Shown here: positions 48,442-58,705 of the stretch, in pieces
Position numbering within the stretch: position 1 is the stretch's first letter
Layout: each line of letters begins with the position of its first letter
DNA from: Promethearchaeota archaeon
GTDB lineage: Archaea; Asgardarchaeota; Heimdallarchaeia; Hodarchaeales; Hodarchaeaceae
Assembly (NCBI GenBank): GCA_048938105.1
Contig: JBHLMN010000009.1
Coordinates: 32,001 to 96,000, forward strand
Length of the DNA: 64,000 nt
Direction: 5' to 3'
Made by a program: the position numbers and the translations under genes
The notes under the pieces: generated by a model
Databases searched by the model: none
Seen by the model: the letters and a program-made list of their open reading frames with translations, nothing else
What the model was told of the DNA's origin: nothing

Positions 48442-48858
48442 ATGAAAAATGGCTTGATATTTGGGGTAAGCGGAAAAATTGCCAGTAATGTAATTGATAT
48501 ACTCTCCGAGAAGAAAGAAATTCATCTTATTTTACTTTTGAGGAATGCATCCAGGTTAAGAAATAAATTGGAAACAAAATACACAATTATAGAAAGTAAT
48601 GCCTTAAACCTTGATGATTTAAGAGAAGCAATGAAGGATATTGATATTGTTTATGGAAAACTGACAGGCGATTTGGGATAGATGGCAAGAAATATTGTTA
48701 AGGTCATGAATGAGAAAGGAGTCAAAAGGATAATCTTCATCAGTTCTATTGGTATTTACGATACACCTTTAAGAAGTGTTTTAAAACCATACAAGGAAGC
48801 AGCCGATGTTATAGAAGAATCTGGTCTTGATTATACAATATTCAAAATATCGGAGTAA
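48442..48858 (+). pseudogene. NAD(P)H-binding (atypical SDR/NmrA-like) pseudogene
   Basis: IFGVSGKIA start. After an in-frame TAG at 48679-48681, homology continues (MARNIVKVMNEKGVKRIIFISSIGIYD...SGLDYTI) and then ends before the usual RP motif. Confidence 0.8.
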
Positions 48859-49103
48859 TGATCCTACCTGATCTTACAGAACTACTCGGTATATTAGATC
48901 TCTTAGCAACAGGTGAAATTCTCACATCATCGTGTTCCCAATAAAAGCCGTTTTAGGTTAATGCATTAGACCCAATTAAGATTTTTATAATCAATGCAAA
49001 TTTCTATAAGCGACGGAAAAAGGAAATTAATGCAATCCTAATTGAGAATCCTTATAACAACCTAGAATAATATCCTTTAACATCCGATCATATGGTTCTT
49101 CTT

Positions 49104-49874
49104 TTATTTCCAAGTAAAGAATATTCCTAGATTTAAGAATCGTGTATAATCTTTTGAGATTTGATTATTAAATTGTGAATTTGAAAAAAGATTCTCCCAA
49201 AATTTCTTTGTTTTCCAAACAAATGCAAAATATAACAAAGATAAATATAATCTCTTGTCTCTTAAAATTTCTATTGTAACAAATTTTCCCCCTGGCTTCA
49301 GAACGCGATATATTTCATTCAATGCTGCGAGTTTATCTTTATCATCGTGGAGCTCATGTAGGACAGATCCTGCAGTTACCAAGTCAAAAGAATTGTCAGG
49401 ATATGGAATATTCATTACATTTCCATAGTTAAATTCAACTTTACTCTTTACAGCTTCTATTTCTGCATTTTTGTAAGCTTTATCTGGGGAATTTCCGCTA
49501 ACTCCGTTATAGATGTCAATCCCAATAACTTTACCTGAAATTATGCATTTAGCAATATTAATGGATACTCTCCCAGTACCACATCCTATATCTAGTACCC
49601 TTTCATCTCCTTTGAAATCTGTTAAAATATAATTCCATATTTCTTTAATAGGAGTGGATCGAAGTATAGAATAATATAATGGGATATAGGAAAAACCAAT
49701 ATAAAAAGTTGATATTGTAATAGGAAGAGAAATAGTATAAATAAAAATACTAATTGGTGCTTCAATGAATAAAGAAGTGAGAACCATAATGCATGTCCCT
49801 ATCACACCACAAATTGTTATTCCTATGAAGTATCTTATCGCGGTGAATCCATAATCAGGTTTCTCTTTATTCAT
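49104..49874 (-). CDS. Class I SAM-dependent methyltransferase with two N-terminal TM helices
   Basis: VLDIGCGTG, GIDI, PYPDNSFDLV and EIYRVLKPGG. Confidence 0.9.
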   Translation of the reverse strand: MNKEKPDYGFTAIRYFIGITICGVIGTCIMVLTSLFIEAPISIFIYTISLPITISTFYIGFSYIPLYYSILRSTPIKEIWNYILTDFKGDERVLDIGCGTGRVSINIAKCIISGKVIGIDIYNGVSGNSPDKAYKNAEIEAVKSKVEFNYGNVMNIPYPDNSFDLVTAGSVLHELHDDKDKLAALNEIYRVLKPGGKFVTIEILRDKRLYLSLLYFAFVWKTKKFWENLFSNSQFNNQISKDYTRFLNLGIFFTWK

Positions 49875-50140
49875 TATGATTCCTCTTTTTCATCATTATC
49901 CTCGCTTCCAAAAGCTCCCAAAGCTTTTAAAGCATATCCCTTCAACCCCGTAACTTTTGTTATAGCAATACCTTTATTAATATCACCTGCAACGAACAAT
50001 ATATCTCCAGGTTCGATACCAAATGTTTTCCTGGCTTCTTTTGGTATAACAATTTGACCTCGTTCTCCAACTTTGACCGTTCCAAAAATAAATTTCCCTT
50101 TCGCAATTTCAGCCATGTTCCTTTCTTCCAATAAATTCAT
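49874..50140 (-). CDS. AbrB/MazE/SpoVT-family DNA-binding protein
   Basis: FGTVKVGERGQIVIPKEARKTFGIEPGD. Its stop overlaps the methyltransferase start. Confidence 0.9.
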   Translation of the reverse strand: MNLLEERNMAEIAKGKFIFGTVKVGERGQIVIPKEARKTFGIEPGDILFVAGDINKGIAITKVTGLKGYALKALGAFGSEDNDEKEES

Positions 50141-50146
50141 GGTTTG

Positions 50147-50191
50147 TCATACTTATCATACTTTTCATATTTATCATTCTTTTTATATTTA
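50147..50191 (-). promoter_or_regulatory. Five imperfect 9-bp tandem repeats upstream of the AbrB-family gene, candidate operator
   Basis: tcatactta tcatacttt tcatattta tcattcttt ttatattta on the + strand. Confidence 0.55.
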
Positions 50192-50438
50192 TCTGAAGGG
50201 TCAGTTGGAAAATTTTACTTATAATTACAACCAAACTCATCATAAAATAGTATCATCATAATAAAACAGAACATTGATGTTCTGAATTTGTAAAATAAGG
50301 AATTCATCTTGTCGATCAACCACTTGCCTTCTCGAAAAATAAAATTTTTAGATTTCAATTTTTTCTCACTTTTTCTTCCTCCTCCATCGAAAACTAAAAT
50401 ATAATAATTAGTACGATAATAAAAATAAGGGAATTTAT

Positions 50439-50909
50439 ATGAAAATACTGGTAGTTTATGATACAGTTCATGGAAATACAGAATAAATTGCCCTGGCAAT
50501 AGGAAAAGCTCTTGGTACAAAGAATGAAGTTGAAATAATTAAGGCAGATGAAGTAAATCAGAATCACGTGGCAGATATTGACCTATTAGTGGTTGGTTCT
50601 CCCACTCATGGAGATAGATTCACAAAGGCAATTCAAGAGCTATTTAAAAAATCCTTTTTATCAGTAGAGGGTATGAACGTTGTAGCATTTGATACTAGAA
50701 CTTCTTCAAGCGGTTTTACACGACATATCGAAAATTTCTTTGGTCGTGCTGCACCGAGAATTGCCAATTTTCTCGAGAAAAAAGGATGTGTACTTATTAT
50801 AGAACCTGAAGGTTTTATTGTTGAAGGATTGAAGGGACCACTCCTAGAAAGCGAACTAGAACGAGCAATTAGTTGGGGAAATAAGATTAGCGAGATATAC
50901 AACGAATAG
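50439..50909 (+). pseudogene. Flavodoxin with a premature nonsense codon
   Basis: MKILVVYDTVHGNTE*IA..., with TAA at 50484-50486 in place of the usual K of GNTEKIA. Continues in frame to VVGSPTHG, AFDTR and EGFIV.G.KGPL. Confidence 0.85.
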
Positions 50910-50953
50910 ATCGAAAACCTCTTTATAACTATTTATCGTACAAGGTACTTTCG

Positions 50954-51120
50954 ATGAAGCTTGATGCCATTGTTGCAAATGATTTGAATGCTGTAAAAGA
51001 CAATATTTAGGATGCATTCGATAAAAAACCGTTTATTGAATTCATATTAAAAACAGACAAATATCAGATCCCTGTGGTGCTTTTTGAATTTAAAAATGTG
51101 ACACTTGAATTCCTAGAACG
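50954..51120 (+). pseudogene. Possible VOC/glyoxalase-family remnant
   Basis: MKLDAIVANDLNAVKDNI*DAF...VVLFEFKNVTLEFLE, with an in-frame TAG. Weak resemblance only. Confidence 0.3.
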
Positions 51121-51352
51121 AAGTCAAGGAAATATCCCTTCTAATTTTGCCTACATTAAATATATTGTAAGTTTTAGGAAACTTCAATCCCGTCATCACG
51201 AATGTAACACCAAAGATAAATGAGACAGAAAATAAAATGGCATGGATTGACCAATCACGTTCAAGAGATATTCGGGCATCGTCACTCCAACCTCTTGATT
51301 CCCAATATCCGAAATAATCGGATTTGATGATCTCGATTCTGACCATTCATTT
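51113..51352 (-). pseudogene. 3' remnant of a sulfite-oxidase-like molybdopterin oxidoreductase
   Basis: K*MVRIEIIKSDYFGYWESRGWSDDA matches the KW..RIE...GYWE.RGW motif, with W replaced by TGA. The 5' part is absent. Confidence 0.65.
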
Positions 51353-51451
51353 CAAATTCTAAGAGGATTTCAGAGAAAGAGTTAGAAAAAGAATAACTTT
51401 GAGACTAGTCCTTGCAGTCAAAAAAGCTCTTTTATTTCGATTGGAAATTGT

Positions 51452-51961
51452 TCATTTTTTATAACTTAGTTTTTCTAAATGCTCTGCGTGATGATTATAA
51501 GATCCTTGAAGGACTATAATTAAAGGATATCCCTTTAGCCAAGAATATTTTTCAGGATTTAATAAATCATTTTCATTGATTTTTTCTGCCAATGAAATTA
51601 AACGTGAAAATCCTTCTTTCCAATCCTTATAGACATTTGACCACGATTTTTTCATGTTGATTTCATAAATCCATTCGTTAATCTTTTCTAAATCAGTTTC
51701 AGATTCTGGATCAAACTCTTCTGGCCACCAATCAAGATTCGGATTTTTATTATTTAATGCACCTTCTATTCGTGCAACTGAGATTTTTTGCCAAATCCAT
51801 AAGTGGGAAAGATCATCTTTTATTGATCTATTAGAGTTAGATCTCTTAACAACAACTTGATTCTCAGTTATTTTTGAAAGTTGATCTTTCCAAGAGTTGA
51901 ATATTTCCTTAAGAAGACTAATACTTTGTTTTTTATCTTTAAATTCTATTTCTGGAGGCAT
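51452..51961 (-). CDS. ClbS/DfsB-like (DinB superfamily) four-helix bundle protein
   Basis: SIKDDLSHLWIW, INEWIYE and C-terminal SYNHHAEH. Confidence 0.75.
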   Translation of the reverse strand: MPPEIEFKDKKQSISLLKEIFNSWKDQLSKITENQVVVKRSNSNRSIKDDLSHLWIWQKISVARIEGALNNKNPNLDWWPEEFDPESETDLEKINEWIYEINMKKSWSNVYKDWKEGFSRLISLAEKINENDLLNPEKYSWLKGYPLIIVLQGSYNHHAEHLEKLSYKK

Positions 51962-52320
51962 CTCAGATCCTTATTCTCCTTATTTTTTATGTGAATGGCA
52001 AACATTAATCTAATTTTAAAATAAGTATCTGATCTTCAGGAAACTCAAATTCATAAGGAAGTTCTTCATAACCTATCCAAACAGTAATGGACATCTTCAG
52101 TGATAGTTCAGATTGAATTTCTTGAAAGCTAGCTTTAACAATTATAATAGGGGTTTGACGACATTGAAATGTCTTATATCTAACGACTTATTCCAAAAGA
52201 AGTTGATATTGGAATAGCATGATTCTTGATATGTTATGCTGTAAAGAAATCTAACGAGTAATTTTATTAACGAATTCAATCACTGACTCATAAAACGATG
52301 AATTGAGTTGAGGATAACAA

Positions 52321-52983
52321 ATGCCAAGTATTAAAATAGATAAAATAGAGATCAATGGTCATATTGCATACCCGAAGAAAAAATATGGTATTGGTATACT
52401 TGTCTTACATGCTTGGTGGGGATTAAATGAATTTATTATACAATTTTCTGAGAGGCTAGCAGGAGAAGGGTTCTTAGTACTAGCACCAGATCTTTATAAG
52501 GGAAAAATAGCAGATAACATTACAGATGCAGAAAATTATAGTAACAATTTAGACCTAAAAGAAATTAATTTCATCTTGAGAAAATTAGCTAATTTCTTTC
52601 TGAAACATCCGAATTGTAGAAGTTCAAAACTTAGTGTTATTGGATTTTCTTTGGGAGCTAGCTGGGCTACGTGGTTAGCGAATAACAAACCAAAAGAAAT
52701 CGAGAAAGTAGTTCTTTTTTATGGTACTGGAGATGTTAATTTTTCTAAAACTCTTGCTTCCTTCCAATGTCACTTTGCTGAAAATGATCCTTATGAAGAA
52801 ACTGAATATGTCAATTATTTTAAAGAGAGACTTCAAGAAGCAAATATAAGAGCTAATTTTTATACTTATCCAGATACAAATCACTGGTTTTTTGAGACGA
52901 ATCAGGTTAAACATTTTCATGAAGGAGCTTCAAAGTTAGCATGGAAAAGAACTCTAGAATTTCTGAAAAAAGTGGAATCATAG
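52321..52983 (+). CDS. Dienelactone hydrolase family protein
   Basis: LHAWWGLN, APDLY, GFSLG, FAENDPY, YPDTNHWFFE and AWKRT. Confidence 0.92.
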   Translation: MPSIKIDKIEINGHIAYPKKKYGIGILVLHAWWGLNEFIIQFSERLAGEGFLVLAPDLYKGKIADNITDAENYSNNLDLKEINFILRKLANFFLKHPNCRSSKLSVIGFSLGASWATWLANNKPKEIEKVVLFYGTGDVNFSKTLASFQCHFAENDPYEETEYVNYFKERLQEANIRANFYTYPDTNHWFFETNQVKHFHEGASKLAWKRTLEFLKKVES

Positions 52984-53528
52984 ATCCATTGAATCCTAAT
53001 TTTTCTATATTTTCATCTTTATCTTAGTATATACCAGAGTATAGTATCTTTTCTTAATCTAACTAACATTATGTTCACGAAAATCTTTATGTTTTCTTTA
53101 TATAGTCTAATTGTCTTTTTATCTTTAGTTAAACAACATTTCATAATCTCGTTTCTGGTACCATTTTGACTGTATATTTAGAGGTTTAAAAAAAACAATA
53201 GATCTATAATGCAAACTTAAAAGGTTGAAATGGAATAAAGATAGTACTTCTTCTTAGGTTAAATCATTTTTAATTCAACTTAAAGCTTGTACTCAAACTA
53301 AATTAATAGCTCTTCTCATTTAATGGAAAAAAATTGTTATTCGTTGAATTTCACTTAGAAGATTAGAATAAAGGTACAAGTGCAGCGAGTTACCTTTCGT
53401 CAGATAGCTTAGGAAGTCAGGAGCTTCTCGTAGAACGGTGTTGGTCTAATATCTGTTGGGGAAACTTAGGTTTAACCTTCAATAATGTTTATATACTAGT
53501 TTTTCGAGTTATTTACACCAGGGATTTC

Positions 53529-56500
53529 TTGAAACACTCCTTCTGCCTACTTTTTCTCATTCTCGTGTTTTCAGGTTTGTTAATCTCTGGACACTTGAAG
53601 TTGAGAGATGGGCCCTTTTTTAATCTTGTTGAAGAAATTGAATCACCAGATTTATTAAAGCAAATGTTTCACTCACCTGATAACTCTCATTCACCAATTC
53701 TGATCAATAATAATAGTGATTTCACTGTTCAAGCTGCGATTGAGAATTGGACTGGTGATGGTACCATCTCGAATCCGTATGTGATTGAGGGGGTGACATT
53801 TCAGGGGGATAATCATTTGATTGAAATTAGAAATACTAATGTTTATTTTATCATCCGAAATTGTATTTTAAGCCAGGCTTCTTCGGCTTTCTATCTGTAT
53901 CAGGTATCCAATGGACATTTGTTCAATAATACTATTGTCGAGGGAGCCATATTCCTAGAAAATTCTGAGTACAATTCGTTGTCAAATAACACGGTTGTTA
54001 ATAGCAATTTGAGAGGGATTTATCTTTCCCACTCTGGGAATAATGTTTTGAGTAATAATCTAGTTACCACCTGTGATGAGGTGGGTATTCACCTTTATTT
54101 TTCTCCACATTGTACCTTGTCCCATAACACGGTCACTGGTAATGCTAGAACAGGGATTCTTGCTGATTTTTCTGATAATAGTGCTCTTCAGAACAACATC
54201 GTGACCAATAATAGGGAGGAGGGAATCTGTCTCTATTTCTCTGAGAATTGTTCTGTGACTGATAACTTTTTGATGAATAACAGGGAGCAGGGGATTCGGC
54301 TTCATCGTTCTGCGAATAATGTAATTACCAATAATGACCTAGGAAATAATTGGTTTACTGTTAGTGGGGGTTCACTTAAGCATTTCATTCAAGCAGAAAT
54401 CGCTAACAATGTTATTAACGGAAAACCATTGATCTATTTGCAACATGTGATTGGTGGTTCGGTTCCATATGGTGCAGGAGCAATCATTTTGGTTAATAGT
54501 AGTTTTATCTCTGTGAGCGGTCAACGCGTGGTAGGAATCCAGGGATTTTTCTGTTCCCACCTGTCTATTCAGACTAATGTAGTTCTAAACAGCAGTAATG
54601 GCATTCAATTGCAGTTCTCGAATACTAGCGTTATTTCTAGCAATTATGTTGACTCAAGCAATGATGTTGGAATTCGCATTGGTGTGTCTCGAGGCATCGT
54701 TCTGTTAAATAATACGGTTAGCAAAAGCACTATGGAGGGGATTGGTCTGTATTCTTCTGAAAATAGTACTTTGACTAATAACACCGTCACATTCAATTCT
54801 CGGGAGGGAATTTATCTTTACGACTCTGAAAATAGTACCCTGATTAATAATACAGTTTCCAACAATAATATGGATGGAATTAGGCTTAATACCGCTGGGA
54901 ATAGCACTTTACTGAATAATACGGTAATCAACAACAATGAGGAAGGAATTTATCTTTACCGTTCTGGGAATATTACAGCAAGATATAATATTTTGGTAAA
55001 TAATAGTTTTTCTGTCTCTGGATGGCTCCTTGAACATTATATTCAGACAGAGTTCACGAACAACCTAATCAATAACAAACTATTAGTCTATTGGCAACAT
55101 GTGACAAATCAACTGATCCCCCCTGGTGCGGGGATGGTCATCTTGGTAAATTGTAGTTTGATTTCAGTAATTAATCAACAGTTAGTTGGAATTTTGGGAG
55201 CTTTCAGTTCTCATCTTTTTTTTCGGGTCTAATGTTATTATGAATGGGAACTATGGTATTTGGTTTGAGGATTCTACTAACATTACCATCTCCAACAATA
55301 GTGTTACCAATAATAACCTTGGAATATTTCTTGCGTCTTCGGGTAACAGTAATCTGACTGACAACACTGTTCATAATAATCTTAGGGAAGGAATTTTCCT
55401 TATTTACTCTGGTAATAGTACCCTAATTAACAACACGATTACTAAGAACAACGGGACTGGAATAAGGCTCCAAAGTTCTGGAACTAGCGTTCTAACCAAA
55501 AATTCAGTGATTAATAACAGGAAGGTGGGAATTCTTCTTCAGTATTCAGGAAATAATGTAATCCGGGATAACAGCTTAAGAAATAACAGCTTTTCAATTA
55601 AGGGTGACACCTTCAATCACTATGTCCAAGCAATAGTGGCATCTAATCTTCTTAATGACAAACAATTAGTTTATTGGCAACATATTGTAGATGATACCGT
55701 CCCATCTGGGGCTGGAATGGTTATCTTAGTAAATTGCAGTTCAATTATAGTGAATAATCAACAGGTAGAAAGTATCATCGGGGCCTATTGTTCTAATATA
55801 TTACTTCAGAATAATGAGATCTTCAACGGGAACTTAGGAATTCAGCTCATTTATTCGAATGCATGTTTCATTTCTGAGAATACCCTTTTCAATAAAGAAA
55901 TGGCTGGAATTTCTCTTGAATATTCGCATCATAATGTCTTAACCAATAATATAATCACTAATAATCATGAGGAGGGCATTCTCCTGATGTATTCTGAAGA
56001 TAACATTCTGACAAACAATCGGATCGCCTATAATAGTAAAGAGGGGATATCTCTTCAATATTGTGAAAATAACAACGTAATAGGGAATACCGTTGCCAGT
56101 AACGCTGGTGTGGGCATTTACATTTGGAATGGTGACTATTATTGGAGTGAGGATTTTTATGGTTTTAACAATCTAACTAATAATGTTGTCACAGACAACA
56201 AAGGAATCGGGATTTCTCTCGAGTGTTCTGGACAAAGCATTCTCATAAATAACACGATCCTCAATAATACGGAGGGGTTATTTCTTTATTGTTCTGGGCA
56301 AAATATCTTAACCAATAATACACTTATGGATAACAATGGAACAGGAATTTCTCTCGGTTACTCTAAAAATAGTACAATCATTGGTAATTCTATCTTCAAT
56401 AATAACAAAAAGGGAATTTCGGTATATTTTTCTGAATTTTGCCATATAGCTGCTAATACCATTCATGATAACAACGGAATAGGGATTTATCTTTACTTAT

Positions 56501-56982
56501 CTTCCTTTGCATGCATTATAACTGGGAATGAAGTCACCAACAACAGTGATTATGGGATTCAGTTATCTATTTCGTGTATGAATAACATTGTCCAATACAA
56601 TGATTTTCTCTGGAACAATTTAGGAGGAATCTCTCAAGCCTATGATGATGGTTGGAACAATCTCTTCATCTATAATTATTGGAATGATTGGACTAGTCCT
56701 GACACCAATAACGATGGTATTGTCGATCTAGCTTATCCGATAGAGGGTAAAGCTTTCAATTTTGACCCTTTTCCGCTAGCTCCTGGTTCACAATCAAGTA
56801 GTTCTCACATTAAACCTTCAACATCCTTAACAATTAAAGTTCCTTCTTCAACCTCTCCTCAAGGATCTACAGCTTTTACAACTAGTCCGAGTCATCAATC
56901 AAGGTGGATAAACCTGGTTCTTACTAGTTTAATCGTAATTTTTATCACAATTTTCCGGAAAAGAAATAGGAAAACTTTCTAG
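53529..56982 (+). pseudogene. Beta-helix (NosD/CASH-like) surface protein split by a +1 frameshift in a T8 run at 55216-55223 (about 1150 aa if corrected)
   Basis: ORFs 53529-55232 and 55186-56982 are two halves of one repeat protein, from signal peptide to TM tail. Removing one T gives SHLFFGSNVI, in register with the sister repeat SHLSIQTNVV. Confidence 0.8.
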
Positions 56983-57341
56983 CAAATTTTAACATTAATT
57001 TAGTTCCAAAAGGTTCTTACCATTTTGAACTATTACACCTAGAACTGATCTGAAGATTAAATGAAAGAAGAACTAACTTGGGTTAATAGACGTTGTAAAT
57101 ACAGAAATCCATACATTCCAGAGCTAATCCAACGCTATAGAACGATCCTTCAGGAAATTATTCATCTATTAAATGTTATATTGATTTCTTACCAATAGAT
57201 CCAACAAGATCCATACAATTCAGAATAAACTTTATTTTCAATGAATGCTTTGATTTCATTATAGATATACTTCTAAGCAGACATATTTGCTCATAATTAC
57301 GAATCTAAAGAATAAAAACACCAATCTTCCTGCTACTTCCC

Positions 57342-57686
57342 TTAGGGGATACTGTAGATTAGATCATATGTTTTAAAGGCAAGATAAAACACTAATAGGA
57401 CAAATAACGATCCTATAAGAAAAACTAATCCTTCTACGATAAGAAGCATAGATAAATCATAAGAAAAAACAAGAATAACATTAATTAGGTAACCGAGTGA
57501 GAAAAATCCAACCATCAAGGAGGCTAGTCGCCACTTTTTCACAATACGAGTCTCCTCTAATAATTTCTCAATCTTACGAGCGAACCTCCATGCATTAACA
57601 AAGATTACAAAACCAATCAAACAACAAATTGCATTAAAGATTTGAATTAGTATTAGAATTGAATCATCAGCCATCTTTTTCACCAA
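57342..57686 (-). CDS. Small three-TM membrane protein
   Basis: Three hydrophobic helices. W...LMVGFFSLGYL and GLVFLIGSLFVLLV resemble the TM input region seen on some bacterial sensor proteins. Confidence 0.7.
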   Translation of the reverse strand: MVKKMADDSILILIQIFNAICCLIGFVIFVNAWRFARKIEKLLEETRIVKKWRLASLMVGFFSLGYLINVILVFSYDLSMLLIVEGLVFLIGSLFVLLVFYLAFKTYDLIYSIP

Positions 57687-57958
57687 TTATTTCTTAATAT
57701 TAAGTTCTCTTGAAACCGCGATAAGAAAACTTATTAAAAAACGCTTTTTTAAATATTTCATTTTCATAAATCGTTCAATATACTAAAAGACATGGTTTTT
57801 TCTATTAATGAGACATATGAACCTTTTCCCTATGAGGATACTCATTTCTCCTAATAGAATTAATATATTTTTCTTTAGGATGTGTTTGAGAATTTGTATT
57901 AAATAACTTTTAAAAATACAATTCCTTATTATCCCATCTGTTGGAATCGTGATAGCAA

Positions 57959-58450
57959 ATGGGTAACACCTCTGATCTTGGGAGTATAATTAGTCTTTGG
58001 ATAATTGAGAAAGAGTCCGGATTACCAATTTTATCCCTTAAGTTCACTAAAGACGCTCAGGTCGATTCTGGTCTCTTTGGAGCATTCATGGTTGCAATGA
58101 GATCAATGATGGATGATATTCAAATAGGGGAGCTAAATTCATTTCAAACCAATATGGCTAGCATACTGCTTACGGGTTCAGAACATCTAATTTCGATTAT
58201 TGCACTAGAAAAAGAAAGTAACGTGGATAGTTGGTACCCTATTCTCCTTAAAATCCAAAAAATGTCCGAAAAAAGTTATCTTGATTATCGAAAAATATCG
58301 TCTATTCTCGAAACAAATGTTTTTGAGCAATTAGCTTCACAGTTTAAAGAAATGATTTTAGCTCATACGGAAAGGATAAAAGAAAGTGAGGCAAAAACAA
58401 CTCCAATCACAAATGGTAAGCGAATTAGAGAAGCGTTAAAACGATTATGA
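57959..58450 (+). CDS. Longin-like domain protein (Asgard-type)
   Basis: LWIIEKESGLPIL (beta-turn-beta), DSGLFGAFMVAMRSMMDDI helix, then three strands and C-terminal helices. This is the layout of Asgard longin/roadblock-like proteins. Confidence 0.65.
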   Translation: MGNTSDLGSIISLWIIEKESGLPILSLKFTKDAQVDSGLFGAFMVAMRSMMDDIQIGELNSFQTNMASILLTGSEHLISIIALEKESNVDSWYPILLKIQKMSEKSYLDYRKISSILETNVFEQLASQFKEMILAHTERIKESEAKTTPITNGKRIREALKRL

Positions 58451-58705
58451 TTAGATCTATTTTTTTGGTATAAAACAACTCCAATTACAAATAGAAAGCT
58501 TAAATCACTAGGAAGAGGTTGTTATAGAAATTGAAGATTCTTTTCGTTTTTTTGCCAAAATCGTAACTAAAAAAAAATACTTCAAACATTGTATTCCTTA
58601 ACAAAAATGATCAAACTTTGATTTCATTTGAATTAACTGACTCCTATTGAAAATAAATTGATTCTAAGAGCTCTTTTATAAGATTAACTTTTACTGGGTG
58701 CTTTC

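Noticed and set aside
49104-50140. Toxin-antitoxin pair
   Set aside because: The gene after AbrB is a SAM methyltransferase, not a PIN or MazF toxin.
46800-51349. In-frame stops as selenocysteine, pyrrolysine or alternative genetic code
   Set aside because: All three stop types occur (TGA for W, TAA for K, TAG), mostly in truncated genes. TGA and TAG end many intact genes, and long ORFs use TGG for Trp.
53370-53480. GC-richer intergenic stretch as an ncRNA or IS end
   Set aside because: No convincing stem, terminal repeat or recognisable family could be established by eye.
58394-58499. Mini CRISPR array
   Set aside because: Only two imperfect copies, one inside a CDS, and no cas genes.
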